From an uncultured Myxococcales bacterium (GTDB taxonomy: Bacteria; Desulfobacterota; Binatia; UBA1149; SPBQ01), in NCBI GenBank assembly GCA_964555245.1, contig CAZKRI010000042.1:2567-66566 (forward strand): a stretch of DNA of 64,000 bases, written 5' to 3'. Each line of letters begins with the position of its first letter. Within the stretch, counting starts at the first letter, position 1. A model generated the notes under the pieces. The model saw nothing but the letters and a program-made list of their open reading frames with translations. It made no database searches and was not told the DNA's origin. Positions 1 to 9,309 of this stretch are shown here, piece by piece. The translations under genes and the position numbers were made by a program.

Positions 1-347
1 CACTGCTGCACAAGCAGGAGTGACAGGATGCCGTGCAACACCACCGCCGGCCACAGAAGCGGGCCGATCCATTGACCGCCGAGGCCGAGGTACAGCAGAT
101 AGAGCGCTGCGAGTGAATTGTAGGTCAGCATTGCCCGGAGCGCAGGCGCCGTGTTGCCGGCGGAGTCGCGTGCCGGCCAACTCGCCAGCCCCAGCGAGAG
201 TAAGCCAAAGCCGGCCACGCGGCCGAGGGGTACGCTCGCGCCGGAGATTTCGCCGCCGAGCAGCAATCGGACGACGACGGAGGGCACGACCATCAATGCG
301 AGTCCCGTGGCCGCCTCGATAGTGGAGGCGAGTGTGAGCAAACGGTT
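1..347 (-). CDS. hypothetical multi-pass membrane protein (partial, C-terminus beyond the window edge)
   Basis: My own reverse-strand translation from a GTG at ~347 gives an uninterrupted hydrophobic reading frame (VNRLLTLASTIEAATGLALMVVPSVVVRLLLGG...LGLGGQWIGPLLWPAVVLHGILSLLLVQQ) that runs off position 1. It is not in the ORF track because it lacks a stop. No family was recognised. Confidence 0.4.
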
Positions 348-362
348 CACCGTCGGCGGCTG

Positions 363-2852
363 CTAGTCAGCGGCGCGGGCGAGTCGTTCCTGCATGGCGT
401 TCTGATCCGCCGCCGCCATCTGCGACGGGCCGAGTTTGAAGGTCAGCTTATCGATCTTGCCGGTGAAGCGGAACGGCAGCTCGTAGCTGTCGTCCACTCC
501 CGTGCGGGTATCGATTCCAACGTCGAAGCTCTCGTCGATGGACATGAGTATCGGAATCGTGTGCGGGATCGTCTGGCGAGCCAACTCCTTGCCGTCAACT
601 GTCAACACTCCGGTGCCACCCTTGCCGGGTCCGGGTCCGTCGTACTTGAAATCGAACACGATCGTATGTCTGCCCGCCTCGAGCGCACGGCCCAATACGT
701 CATCGCCTAGTAAGCCGTCTTCCCAGCGATAGCGCTTCAGATCGAGGAGATTGTAAACGAAGACGGGTTTTCCTTTGAGCAGATAGAGGCCGTAGCCGCC
801 GAAGCGGCCGCCCAGCGTCACGATCATTCCCTCCGCGCCGCCTTCGGGAACCGTCACCTCGGCGGTGATGGTGTAGTCCTTGTCCAAAATGCTGGGAGCG
901 TTGCCGACGGGAATGCCAGGATTCTCGCCCTTGTAGGTGAAGACGGTCTGCCCGGCGGTGGCGCTTGGCCGCGGCGTAACGATGCGCGGGAGGATCGAGT
1001 TGTCCAGCGGGAGGACCTCGTATTTCGCCGCCTCGGTCAGGAACAACGCCTGCATCTCGCGCAACCTGTCAGGATTCTCGGTCGCAAGGTCGTTGTATTG
1101 CGAGAAGTCCTCGGTGAGGTCGTAGAGTTCCCACTTGTAGTCGTTCACTGCAGGCAGCTTCGCTGTTCCCAGAAGCCAGGGCGCGGCTGGCGGCGTCGTG
1201 CAGGCATACCAGCCATCGTGATAGATGCCGCGATTGCCGAACATCTCGAAATACTGCGTCTCGCGCTTCGATGGCGCCTTTGGTCCTGCGGCTGCCGGAT
1301 CAAATGTGTAAGCCATGCTCACGCCTTCGATGGGCTTCTGCTCGATGCCGTTGACCATCTCCGGCGCCTGGATGCCCGTGGCTTCAAGGATCGTCGGCAC
1401 GATGTCGATCATGTGATGGAACTGTGTGCGGACGCCGCCAACGTCCTTGATGTGGCCGGGCCACGAAATGGCCATGCCTTGCCGGGTCCCGCCGAAATGC
1501 GACGCCACCTGCTTGGTCCACTTGAACGGCGTATCGAACGCCCACGACCAGGCCACCGACATATGCGGGTAGGTCGTGTCCGAGCCCCAGGATTCGTAGT
1601 ACAACGCCTCCTCGATCTCAGGGAGGGTCATGATGCCGTTGTAGGCGGTCATCTGGTTGGGTGTGCCCTCCAGGGTGCCTTCGGCGCTCGTGCCGTTGTC
1701 ACCGCTGATGTAGATGACCAGCGTGTTGTCGAGTTTACCCATGTCCGCGACCGCCTGGATCACCCGGCCAATCTCATGGTCGGTATAGGCGACGTAGGCA
1801 GCGAACACCTCGGCCTGGCGCGCATAGAGTTTCTTCCGTACCAGGGAAAGCGAATCCCATCTCGGCAGATCATCCGGCCACGGGGTGAGCTGGGTGTTCG
1901 CGGGAACCACACCGAGCCGCTTCTGGTTGGCGAAGATCTGCTCGCGCATTTTTTCCCAACCCATGTCGAACTTGCCCTTGAATTTCTCAATCCATTCCTT
2001 GGTCGGCTGGTGTGGCGAGTGCGTGCCGCCCGGCACGTAATAGAGGAAGAACGGTTGGTCGGGCGCGGCAGCGTCGAGACTACTCATGTACTTGATGGCT
2101 TCGTCCGCCATGTCGGTAGTGAGGTTGTAGCCCTTCTTGCCGACCCACGGGAAGATGGGATCGGTGTTGCGGAAAAGGTAGGGCGTCCACTGGTCGGTCT
2201 CGCCGCCCATGTAACCGTAGAAATACTGGAAGCCCATGCCGACCGGCCATTGGTCGAAGGGCCCAGCCACGCTGTACTGGTAGGTGGGGGTGTTGTGGTT
2301 CTTGCCGAACCAGGAAGTGGCGAATCCGTTGTCCCGGAGCATCGTGCCGATGGTGGCGTTCTCCGTGCCGATGACGGAGTCATAACCTGGGAAGCCGGTG
2401 GACATCTCACCGATGACGCCAAAGCCGGCCGAGTGGTGGTTGCGTCCGGTGATCAATGCCGCCCGCGTCGGCGAACAGAGCGCAGTGGAGTGGAACTGCG
2501 TGTAGCGCAATCCTGCCTTGGCGACGCGGTCCATGGCGGGGGTCGGGACGACACCGCCGAAGGTGCCCGACACGCCGTAGCCCTGGTCGTCGGTCATGAT
2601 GAGCAGGATGTTCGGCGCGCCCTTGGGCGGCACGACACGCGGCGGCCAGTACGGCTTGGAGTCCGTGGCGCTTTCCTTGATCACGCCGCCGAACTTCATC
2701 GGTGGCGGGGGGAGTTGTTTCCCGTCGATCGTCACGGTCGCGCTAGGCGAACCGGGTGTGCCGCTAATCTGCTGGGCTGGCGCTGGCAGGGCGACGAGCA
2801 GCGCCGCCGCGGTCAACAGTGACGAGCTGTGGTATTTCAGTTTGTGTCTCAT
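363..2852 (-). CDS. Cys-type arylsulfatase (sulfatase family) with a ~250-aa C-terminal extension; exported
   Basis: 829 aa. N-terminal signal peptide (LLTAAALLVALPAPAQQ). Canonical formylglycine motif CSPTRAALITGRNHHSAGFG. Sulfatase-core motifs (LIMTDDQG, GKNHN). The C-terminal extension is homologous to the remnant at 21648-21845. Confidence 0.9.
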   Translation of the reverse strand: MRHKLKYHSSSLLTAAALLVALPAPAQQISGTPGSPSATVTIDGKQLPPPPMKFGGVIKESATDSKPYWPPRVVPPKGAPNILLIMTDDQGYGVSGTFGGVVPTPAMDRVAKAGLRYTQFHSTALCSPTRAALITGRNHHSAGFGVIGEMSTGFPGYDSVIGTENATIGTMLRDNGFATSWFGKNHNTPTYQYSVAGPFDQWPVGMGFQYFYGYMGGETDQWTPYLFRNTDPIFPWVGKKGYNLTTDMADEAIKYMSSLDAAAPDQPFFLYYVPGGTHSPHQPTKEWIEKFKGKFDMGWEKMREQIFANQKRLGVVPANTQLTPWPDDLPRWDSLSLVRKKLYARQAEVFAAYVAYTDHEIGRVIQAVADMGKLDNTLVIYISGDNGTSAEGTLEGTPNQMTAYNGIMTLPEIEEALYYESWGSDTTYPHMSVAWSWAFDTPFKWTKQVASHFGGTRQGMAISWPGHIKDVGGVRTQFHHMIDIVPTILEATGIQAPEMVNGIEQKPIEGVSMAYTFDPAAAGPKAPSKRETQYFEMFGNRGIYHDGWYACTTPPAAPWLLGTAKLPAVNDYKWELYDLTEDFSQYNDLATENPDRLREMQALFLTEAAKYEVLPLDNSILPRIVTPRPSATAGQTVFTYKGENPGIPVGNAPSILDKDYTITAEVTVPEGGAEGMIVTLGGRFGGYGLYLLKGKPVFVYNLLDLKRYRWEDGLLGDDVLGRALEAGRHTIVFDFKYDGPGPGKGGTGVLTVDGKELARQTIPHTIPILMSIDESFDVGIDTRTGVDDSYELPFRFTGKIDKLTFKLGPSQMAAADQNAMQERLARAAD

Positions 2853-2903
2853 GGTTTAGCCTTGGTTACGTTGCCTCAATGTGGTGCATCCATCGCTCTC
2901 GTC

Positions 2904-3668
2904 CTACTGCCCGAGATCGGCGAGCGCGTCGAGCATCGGAGCAGCGGAGACTCGTATCAGGCCCGCGAACGGGTCGTTCATCTCCAGGATCATCAGAATT
3001 GCGCCCGATGTCGACAACGCGCACACGAGCAATGCCGCAATGACCGTTGCATTGCGCGGGGCGAGCAGCCCGAAGGTGAAGAAAATGAGGGCGAGCCAGC
3101 ACACCAACGCAACCAGGAGAGGCGTGGGGATCGAGACGTCTCTCTGCATGAGCAGGAGCCAGCGCGTCGACGATATCTGGCTGGTGATCTCCAGAGCTTG
3201 CGACTGAAGCCAGCGCTGGGCGTCATTCCCTGGCGAGAGCTCCCAGAGCTTGGTGCGAATGCTCTCCGTTCGGACGACCGCCTCGGGGGTGTCGAGTTTT
3301 CCCGCTTGAGACGCGGCGGCGGGGAAGAGCCGAGCCACTCCGGCCGCATAGGTGAGCTTCAGCAGAGCGCGGATCTCTTTGGTCTCCGGTCCATAGTCGG
3401 CCAGGGCGCGGTCAAGAGAGATGGCCCTGGCGGCATTCTCCACGAGCTCTTCGTTCATCCGGTCGAGTGAACTCTTCGCCGACGAGATCAGAAGGCTGAG
3501 AACGAGGGCGGCCATGGTCGCGATCAGGCCGGTCGCCAGCTTCACGACATCCTTGGAATCCTGGCTGAGATGATGGTCGGGCAATGCGCGTCGAATGAAC
3601 AGTCCGAGCAGCGCGCCGCCGAAGACGCACGCAAAGACGATCGAAGCGATTCCCGGTGCGCTCATCAT
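2904..3668 (-). CDS. DUF4239-like membrane protein
   Basis: 254 aa. Two N-terminal and two C-terminal TM helices around a soluble middle segment. This architecture resembles DUF4239; the assignment is from memory of the family only. Confidence 0.45.
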   Translation of the reverse strand: MMSAPGIASIVFACVFGGALLGLFIRRALPDHHLSQDSKDVVKLATGLIATMAALVLSLLISSAKSSLDRMNEELVENAARAISLDRALADYGPETKEIRALLKLTYAAGVARLFPAAASQAGKLDTPEAVVRTESIRTKLWELSPGNDAQRWLQSQALEITSQISSTRWLLLMQRDVSIPTPLLVALVCWLALIFFTFGLLAPRNATVIAALLVCALSTSGAILMILEMNDPFAGLIRVSAAPMLDALADLGQ

Positions 3669-4390
3669 CAGTTCCCGTCGCGCACCTGGCTAGTGCGGCG
3701 CTTGCCCGAGCGCTCAAGTAGCAGGTTCGCGGCCAGACGTCAGCCGCGCGCGTGCGGTGACCCCCACGCGGGTGGTCGCAGGGGTTCTGTCCCTCGGACA
3801 AGAGCCTGACGATCGTCGAAACGCGCAGGATCGATGGACACGGCCATTGACTACGGCGAGTGGGTAGGGACAATTAGCGCGGTTTTTCCATTGCGACGTA
3901 CGATAAGACGGTTTATCTCAGCCACTCAGGGTCGAGACCACTACGCGGGGCTTGTTAGCCGCGGCCGCGTCGGCTCGCAGGCAGGGTGGTCTGGGAGAGA
4001 GGGGCGTCATTACAGGTGTGTGTTGGTGGAGACCGGACCGGGAGCGCGACGGTGGTCAGGGGTCAGCCCCTTGCGGAGGATGGCTACGCCGGAGGTCGAG
4101 CGAATGACGCGCCGGCAGGGCACCGGACGGTGGTATCACCCGCGGATGGGCCGGGTGGAGCACGAGGAGTGAGCCCGAGCGAGTCGAGGATGGCACTCGT
4201 TGCTTCGGGTGGGTGAATCGTCGCGAGGATCTTCATCTTGCCGCCGCACGCAGCGTGGTCCGCTGACGTAGACCGCTTCCTCCGGGTCGACGAAGTCTCC
4301 GATGCGGACAATGCCTCGAACATCCGGATGACGATACCGAAGAACCTTGCGATCTCGGGCACGCGTGCGGCACGCGTAGTTCCTCGTGAA

Positions 4391-4407
4391 CTAGACCTGA
4401 CCCCATT
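4391..4407. repeat. solo half-copy of the GGGGTCAGGTCTA hairpin-repeat family (CTAGACCTGACCCCATT)
   Basis: 16/16 identity to the right arms at 32872-32888 and 34356-34372 (TAGACCTGACCCCATT). Lies ~75 bp upstream of the Rieske gene start. Confidence 0.6.
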
Positions 4408-4480
4408 GCGGTGATATGCCCGCCGGCGCGTCTGCGCCGCCGCACGCGCGTCGCGAAACGAACCGGGAGGGGGACCATCC

Positions 4481-5029
4481 GTGCCGGGCGGCGAGTCACG
4501 ACCAACACTGGGCAGTACGAGGCGAGCGCTGCTGCTGCGCGCGCCGTTCGTCGCGATGGCCGGCGCCATCGCGGCGAGCTACGGGACCCTGCTCGGCTTC
4601 ATGGCGCGGTTTCTCTTTCCAGCGCGCTCGCAGCCGGTAGCCTGGCTCTACGTGGAGCAGCTACGCAGGCTCGCGCCCGGTCAGACCGTCCTTTATAAGA
4701 CGCCCGCCGGTCACAGCGTGAACATCACGCGGCGCGGCGGCGGCGAGTCGGCCGACGACTTCGCGGCGCTCTCGAGCGTGTGCCCCCACCTGGGCTGCCA
4801 GGTTCACTGGGAGCCGCAGAACAACCGTTACTTCTGCCCCTGCCACAACGGCGTGTTCTCGCCCGATGGTGTGGCCACCGCCGGGCCGCCGGCGGAGGCG
4901 GGCCAGCGGCTCGCCTCGTACCCGCTCAAGGTGGAGAGCGGGGTTCTCTATATCGAGGCTCCGCTCGACGCGTTGCCGACCGGCGCGGTCGCGCACTCGC
5001 ACGCGAAGCGCGCCGCGGACGGGGTCTGA
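4481..5029 (+). CDS. Rieske [2Fe-2S] iron-sulfur subunit of a cytochrome bc/b6f-type complex
   Basis: GTG start preceded by GGGAGGGGG. Tat-like N-terminus (STRRALLLRAPFVAMAGA). Rieske boxes CPHLGC ... CPCHNG. Confidence 0.9.
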   Translation: MPGGESRPTLGSTRRALLLRAPFVAMAGAIAASYGTLLGFMARFLFPARSQPVAWLYVEQLRRLAPGQTVLYKTPAGHSVNITRRGGGESADDFAALSSVCPHLGCQVHWEPQNNRYFCPCHNGVFSPDGVATAGPPAEAGQRLASYPLKVESGVLYIEAPLDALPTGAVAHSHAKRAADGV

Positions 5030-5033
5030 GTCC

Positions 5034-6080
5034 GTGAGCCTGCAGCAGTGGATCCAGGAGCGGTTGCCGATCTCGGGAGAAGACCTTCGCGAGCTGACCA
5101 ACGAGCCGGTTCCCAAGCACCTGCGCCGCTGGTGGTACTGCCTGGGCGGCACGCCGGCGTATCTGTTCGTCGTTCAGATCGCGACCGGGATTCTGCTCTC
5201 GGTCTACTATCAGCCGGCCACGCGCACCGCCTACGAGTCGATTCGCTACATCACTCAGGAGGTTTCCTTCGGCTGGTACATCCGGAGCCTCCACAAGTGG
5301 GCGGCGACCTTCATGATCGCCGCCGTCGTTCTTCACCAGATGCGCGTGTTCTTCACGGGCGCCTACCGCCGTCCCCGCGAGCTCAACTGGATGGTGGGTA
5401 TGTCTCTGCTGCTGCTCACGCTCTTGACGGGCTTTACGGGCTACAGCCTCGCCTTCGAGCAGCTCAGCTACTGGGGCGCGACGGTAGCCGCCAACATCAA
5501 CGAAGCGATTCCCGTGTTCGGCGGCCCGCTCAAGCGCATGCTGCTCGCCGGCGAGGTCTACAACGAGCACACGCTGTCGCGTTTCTTCATTCTGCACGCC
5601 GCCGTCCTGCCCGTGGGGATGGTGGGGCTGCTCGCGGTTCACATCGGCTTGATCCGGCTGCACGGCGTAACCGAGCTGCAGAGCGAGGAGGACCCGGCCT
5701 CCACGCGGGGACATTTCAACTTCTACCCCGACCACCTGCTGACCGAGGTGATCATCGGCTTGCTCTTGATGGTGCTGCTCACCACGCTAGCGATCGTCTT
5801 TCCGGCAGGGCTCGGGCCGCCGGCCGACCCGCTGGTCACGCCCGAGGTCATCAAGCCCGAATGGTTCTTCTACGCCGCGTTCCGCTGGCTCAAGCTGCTG
5901 CCGGAGCAGGCTGCAATCCTCACCACGGGGTTCGTCGTATTCGTCATGTTCGTCTGGCCGCTCGTCGATGGCTGGCTGGGGCGCTATCGACGCACCGCCG
6001 AATTGAGCATGTTCGTGGGCATCGCCGCCGCGCTCACCATCATCGGCCTGACGGTTTGGGAAGCGGCGGTCGCGCACTAA
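5034..6080 (+). CDS. cytochrome b subunit (b6/bc type) of the Rieske/cytb complex
   Basis: GTG at 5034 lies 5 bp after the Rieske stop, in frame with track ORF 4866..6080. Typical cytochrome b N-terminus and heme-ligating His-containing helices (WYIRSLHKWAATFM, HAAVLPVG). About 349 aa, multi-TM. Confidence 0.88.
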   Translation: MSLQQWIQERLPISGEDLRELTNEPVPKHLRRWWYCLGGTPAYLFVVQIATGILLSVYYQPATRTAYESIRYITQEVSFGWYIRSLHKWAATFMIAAVVLHQMRVFFTGAYRRPRELNWMVGMSLLLLTLLTGFTGYSLAFEQLSYWGATVAANINEAIPVFGGPLKRMLLAGEVYNEHTLSRFFILHAAVLPVGMVGLLAVHIGLIRLHGVTELQSEEDPASTRGHFNFYPDHLLTEVIIGLLLMVLLTTLAIVFPAGLGPPADPLVTPEVIKPEWFFYAAFRWLKLLPEQAAILTTGFVVFVMFVWPLVDGWLGRYRRTAELSMFVGIAAALTIIGLTVWEAAVAH

Positions 6081-6102
6081 CCGAGGGAGCACCGGCGGAT
6101 TC

Positions 6103-7677
6103 ATGACCCTGAAGACCAAGCAGATCGTCATCGCATCTCTGGCGACCTTGTTTCTACTGTCGTTGGTGTTCGTCCAGTGGATGGAAGTCGTGCGTAAGAA
6201 GGAAGAAGCGGGACTGGCCGCGCCGCACATCGTCGTTCCGGCGGCCTCCGCTGATTGCGTCAAGTGCCACGGACAATCCACCCCCGGCGTGGTCGCCCAC
6301 TGGAAGGGCAGCACCCACGCACGCAAGGGCGTGGCCTGCTTCGAGTGCCACCAGGCGACGGCGGATGAAGCGGACGCGTTCGAGCACTACGGAGCCATGA
6401 TCGCTACCATCGTCACCCCGCGCGATTGCGGCGGCTGCCATCGCGATGTGGTGGCTGAGTTCGCGCAGAGCCACCACGCCAAGGGCGGCAACATCCTTGC
6501 CTCCCTTGACAACTTCCTGGCCGAGACGGTCGAAGGCTCACGCGTGCCCTTCGACCCGCACTCGCCCACGCCGGGCCGGATCGTGGAGCAGGTGGACGGG
6601 CTGGCCAGCGTCAACTCCGGTTGCAAGCAGTGCCACGGGAGCCTCGTCGCCCTGTTGGCCGAAGACGGCCAGCCGATCACGGTGCGGGATCTCCAGCCCG
6701 ATGCGGAGGGTAAACCGACCAACAAGGCAGCGATCGCGCGCATCCTCAAGAACGACGAGGGCAAGCCACACTACGACCCGGCGACTTGGCCGAACACGGG
6801 CATCGGTCGGATCAACCTCGACGGCTCGCTCGGCTCCTGCTCGGCCTGCCACAGTCGTCACGACTTTTCCCCGCGCCGCGCCCGGCAGCCCGAAAACTGC
6901 GGCAAGTGTCACCTGGGTCCCGACCATCCTCAGAAGGAGATCTACGAGGAGTCCAAGCACGGCGTGGCCTATCGCGATCTGCGCGAGCAGATGAATCTGG
7001 ACGGCGAATCCTGGGTTCTCGGCGTCGACTACGCGCAGGCGCCGACCTGCGCGACCTGTCACATGTCGGGCCACTCGCGCAACGACGGCAAGATCACCCA
7101 CGACCCGGGCGAACGGATCTCCTGGACCAATCGCCCGCCGGTGAGCCTGGTGATGGACACGGACGCCAACCACGCAGTGGTCAAGGCGACCGACCCGGAC
7201 GAGCGCGACCGGCTCATCGTGGACCGCTGGCAGGACAAGCGCGCGCGCATGAAACAGGTCTGCGCGCACTGTCACTCACCTGACTACATCAATGCATTCT
7301 ACGTCCAGTACGACGACCTAGTGATCCTCTTCAACGAAAAGTTCGCCAAGCCTGGTCAGGCCATCATCGCGGCGCTGCGTGCCAACGACTTGCTTACACC
7401 GATCGAGTTCGACGAAGAGATCGAATGGACTTGGTTCTACCTCTGGCACCACGAAGGCCGCCGCGCCCGTCATGGCGCGGCGATGATGGCGCCCGACTAC
7501 ACGCACTGGCACGGTATGTACGAGGTCGCCGACCGGTTCTACATGCAGCTCATCCCGCAGGCGCGCGAGCTTGCCGACCACGCACCTCCCGCGGCCGCGG
7601 CTGCCGTGCGTGCGGTGATCGACGGGATTATCGCCCGTCCCGAGCACGCCTGGAGCAAGGCCTCCGCCGCACACTGA
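6103..7677 (+). CDS. membrane-anchored octaheme c-type cytochrome (HAO/ONR-like multiheme family suspected)
   Basis: 524 aa. N-terminal signal anchor. Eight CXXCH motifs (CVKCH, CFECH, CGGCH, CKQCH, CSACH, CGKCH, CATCH, CAHCH). Immediately downstream of the Rieske/cytb genes on the same strand. Confidence 0.8.
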   Translation: MTLKTKQIVIASLATLFLLSLVFVQWMEVVRKKEEAGLAAPHIVVPAASADCVKCHGQSTPGVVAHWKGSTHARKGVACFECHQATADEADAFEHYGAMIATIVTPRDCGGCHRDVVAEFAQSHHAKGGNILASLDNFLAETVEGSRVPFDPHSPTPGRIVEQVDGLASVNSGCKQCHGSLVALLAEDGQPITVRDLQPDAEGKPTNKAAIARILKNDEGKPHYDPATWPNTGIGRINLDGSLGSCSACHSRHDFSPRRARQPENCGKCHLGPDHPQKEIYEESKHGVAYRDLREQMNLDGESWVLGVDYAQAPTCATCHMSGHSRNDGKITHDPGERISWTNRPPVSLVMDTDANHAVVKATDPDERDRLIVDRWQDKRARMKQVCAHCHSPDYINAFYVQYDDLVILFNEKFAKPGQAIIAALRANDLLTPIEFDEEIEWTWFYLWHHEGRRARHGAAMMAPDYTHWHGMYEVADRFYMQLIPQARELADHAPPAAAAAVRAVIDGIIARPEHAWSKASAAH

Positions 7678-7787
7678 GCCGGGCTACGACGAAGAGAGCG
7701 AAGAAACGGATTTGAGCGGACTTCTCTCTCTTGGCCTAGCCCGCCCGGCCGAGTAGGAGATTAATGGGTTTGTGGCAGGAGGGTCGG

Positions 7788-8609
7788 ATGCGGGCACGGG
7801 TGAAGGTGGTGGTTGCCGTTGCGTTGGGGTGCGTCGGCCTGCAGACCTTGGCGAGAGCGACGGATTCCGTGGGTGTGCTCGTACTGAAAGAGCACGGCGT
7901 AAGCAGCCCGTCCCTCGTTCAGCCATACCTGGATCGGTTCGTCGCGCTCGCCGCGCGGCTGAACGGCTGGCCAAGCGCCGTTGGACAGTACCACGCCAGT
8001 CGCGCTCCCGCAGAGGCATTCATTCAGGCGGCCAAGCCGCACTACGGGATTCTGTCGTTGTCCGCCTTCCTCGCTTTCCGCAACGAGTATCACCTAGAGG
8101 TGATCGGGCAAGTCTCCGTCTCGCTCGCGGGCGGGCGGCAGTACAGCGTCATCAGTCGGACCGCCCCCGATCTGGCGAGCTGCAAGGGAAAAGTGTTAGC
8201 CACCGACCATGGTGATGATGCGCGCTTCATTGACCGCGTGGTGTCGGGGGGAAAGTTTCGCCTGAGCGACTTCACCGTCGAGCACACGCAACGGCCGCTG
8301 CAGACGATCAAGGCCATCATTGGCGGCAACGCCGCCTGCGCGCTCGTTGACGAGTCGCAACTCGAGCAGCTCTCGCACATCGAAGGCGCCGACGGCATCC
8401 GGCCGGTGTGGCAGAGCGCCGAACTGCCACAGATGGTCGTAGTCGCTTTTTCCGCCGCGCCTGCGGATGAGCGCAAGCGCTTCCAGAGCAAGCTGGCGGA
8501 GGTGTGCGACAATGACGGACAAACCGCCTGCGCCGAAGTCGGCATCCAATCACTCGATGCAGCTAGCGTCGCCGACTATGCGGCGGTCGTGGCGGCCTAT
8601 GGCCCATAG
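7788..8609 (+). CDS. exported hypothetical protein, possibly a PhnD/SsuA-like periplasmic binding fold
   Basis: Signal peptide MRARVKVVVAVALGCVGLQTLARA. Track ORF 7764..8609. No catalytic motif recognised. The fold call is weak. Confidence 0.5.
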   Translation: MRARVKVVVAVALGCVGLQTLARATDSVGVLVLKEHGVSSPSLVQPYLDRFVALAARLNGWPSAVGQYHASRAPAEAFIQAAKPHYGILSLSAFLAFRNEYHLEVIGQVSVSLAGGRQYSVISRTAPDLASCKGKVLATDHGDDARFIDRVVSGGKFRLSDFTVEHTQRPLQTIKAIIGGNAACALVDESQLEQLSHIEGADGIRPVWQSAELPQMVVVAFSAAPADERKRFQSKLAEVCDNDGQTACAEVGIQSLDAASVADYAAVVAAYGP

Positions 8610-9309
8610 CCGCGGCCGACTGCGAGCATCTCACGCCGCTCGGTGGCGGCACCTGCTGCGGCTCGCCTGCTGCGTCTTGTGCGTGACTGCGGGCTGTGCG
8701 GCTCGTAAGGGCACCCTGCACTCGGCGCTGCGCACCGCCGCCGACCAGCGCGATGCCCTGGCGGTCTCGGATAGCCTCGAAGCGTTGATCGCGGCGGGAA
8801 TCGACACACCCGCGGATCGGCGATTCGCCCACGAGGCCGTGTCCGAGGACCACGACGACACGGCCGCCACCACCTACGCACGAGCCTCGGTCACCGGCCG
8901 GCTGATCCAGCAAAAGGGTCTCCTCGGCGCCAGTCTCATGCCAGACGTGGAGCGCAGCGCGTGCCGCAGTCGGGAGCTGGATCCCGCCTTTCGCGGTGGC
9001 GCGGCGACGCGCCTGCTCGGCACCCTCTATGTGCTCGCGCCCGGCTCTCTCTTGCAGCACGGCGACTCGGAGGAAGGCGTCGCCCTGCTCGAAGGCCTCG
9101 TACGGACGTATCCCGACATGGCGGAGAACCACCTGCGCCTGGCGGAGGCGTACATCGCGCTCGGTGACCCGGCCCCGGCGCTCCCTCACCTATGCCGGTG
9201 CCTCGATGTGCGCGCTACACTGAGGCGCGACGAGCAGTTGCTGCTCGCCGAGCTCATCGCCAGCGTCGGAACGCTCGACTGCCGTGCGGCAGCGTCGCCG
9301 ATTCACTGA
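8599..9309 (+). CDS. TPR-like lipoprotein (hypothetical)
   Basis: ATG at 8599 overlaps the upstream stop (ATGGCCCATAG). Lipobox-like LRLACCVLCVTAGCAA. Helical, TPR-like C-terminus (AENHLRLAEAYIALGDPAPAL). Confidence 0.5.
   Translation: MAHSRGRLRASHAARWRHLLRLACCVLCVTAGCAARKGTLHSALRTAADQRDALAVSDSLEALIAAGIDTPADRRFAHEAVSEDHDDTAATTYARASVTGRLIQQKGLLGASLMPDVERSACRSRELDPAFRGGAATRLLGTLYVLAPGSLLQHGDSEEGVALLEGLVRTYPDMAENHLRLAEAYIALGDPAPALPHLCRCLDVRATLRRDEQLLLAELIASVGTLDCRAAASPIH

Noticed and set aside
1098-2822. 574-aa ORF on the plus strand
   Set aside because: It lies fully antisense to the well-supported sulfatase gene. The translation is Arg/Gly/Ala-rich and low-complexity with no motifs. This is the typical high-GC shadow ORF.
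5048-6106. 352-aa ORF in an alternative frame of the cytochrome b gene
   Set aside because: Same strand, different frame, as a gene with unmistakable cytochrome b sequence. Composition-driven.
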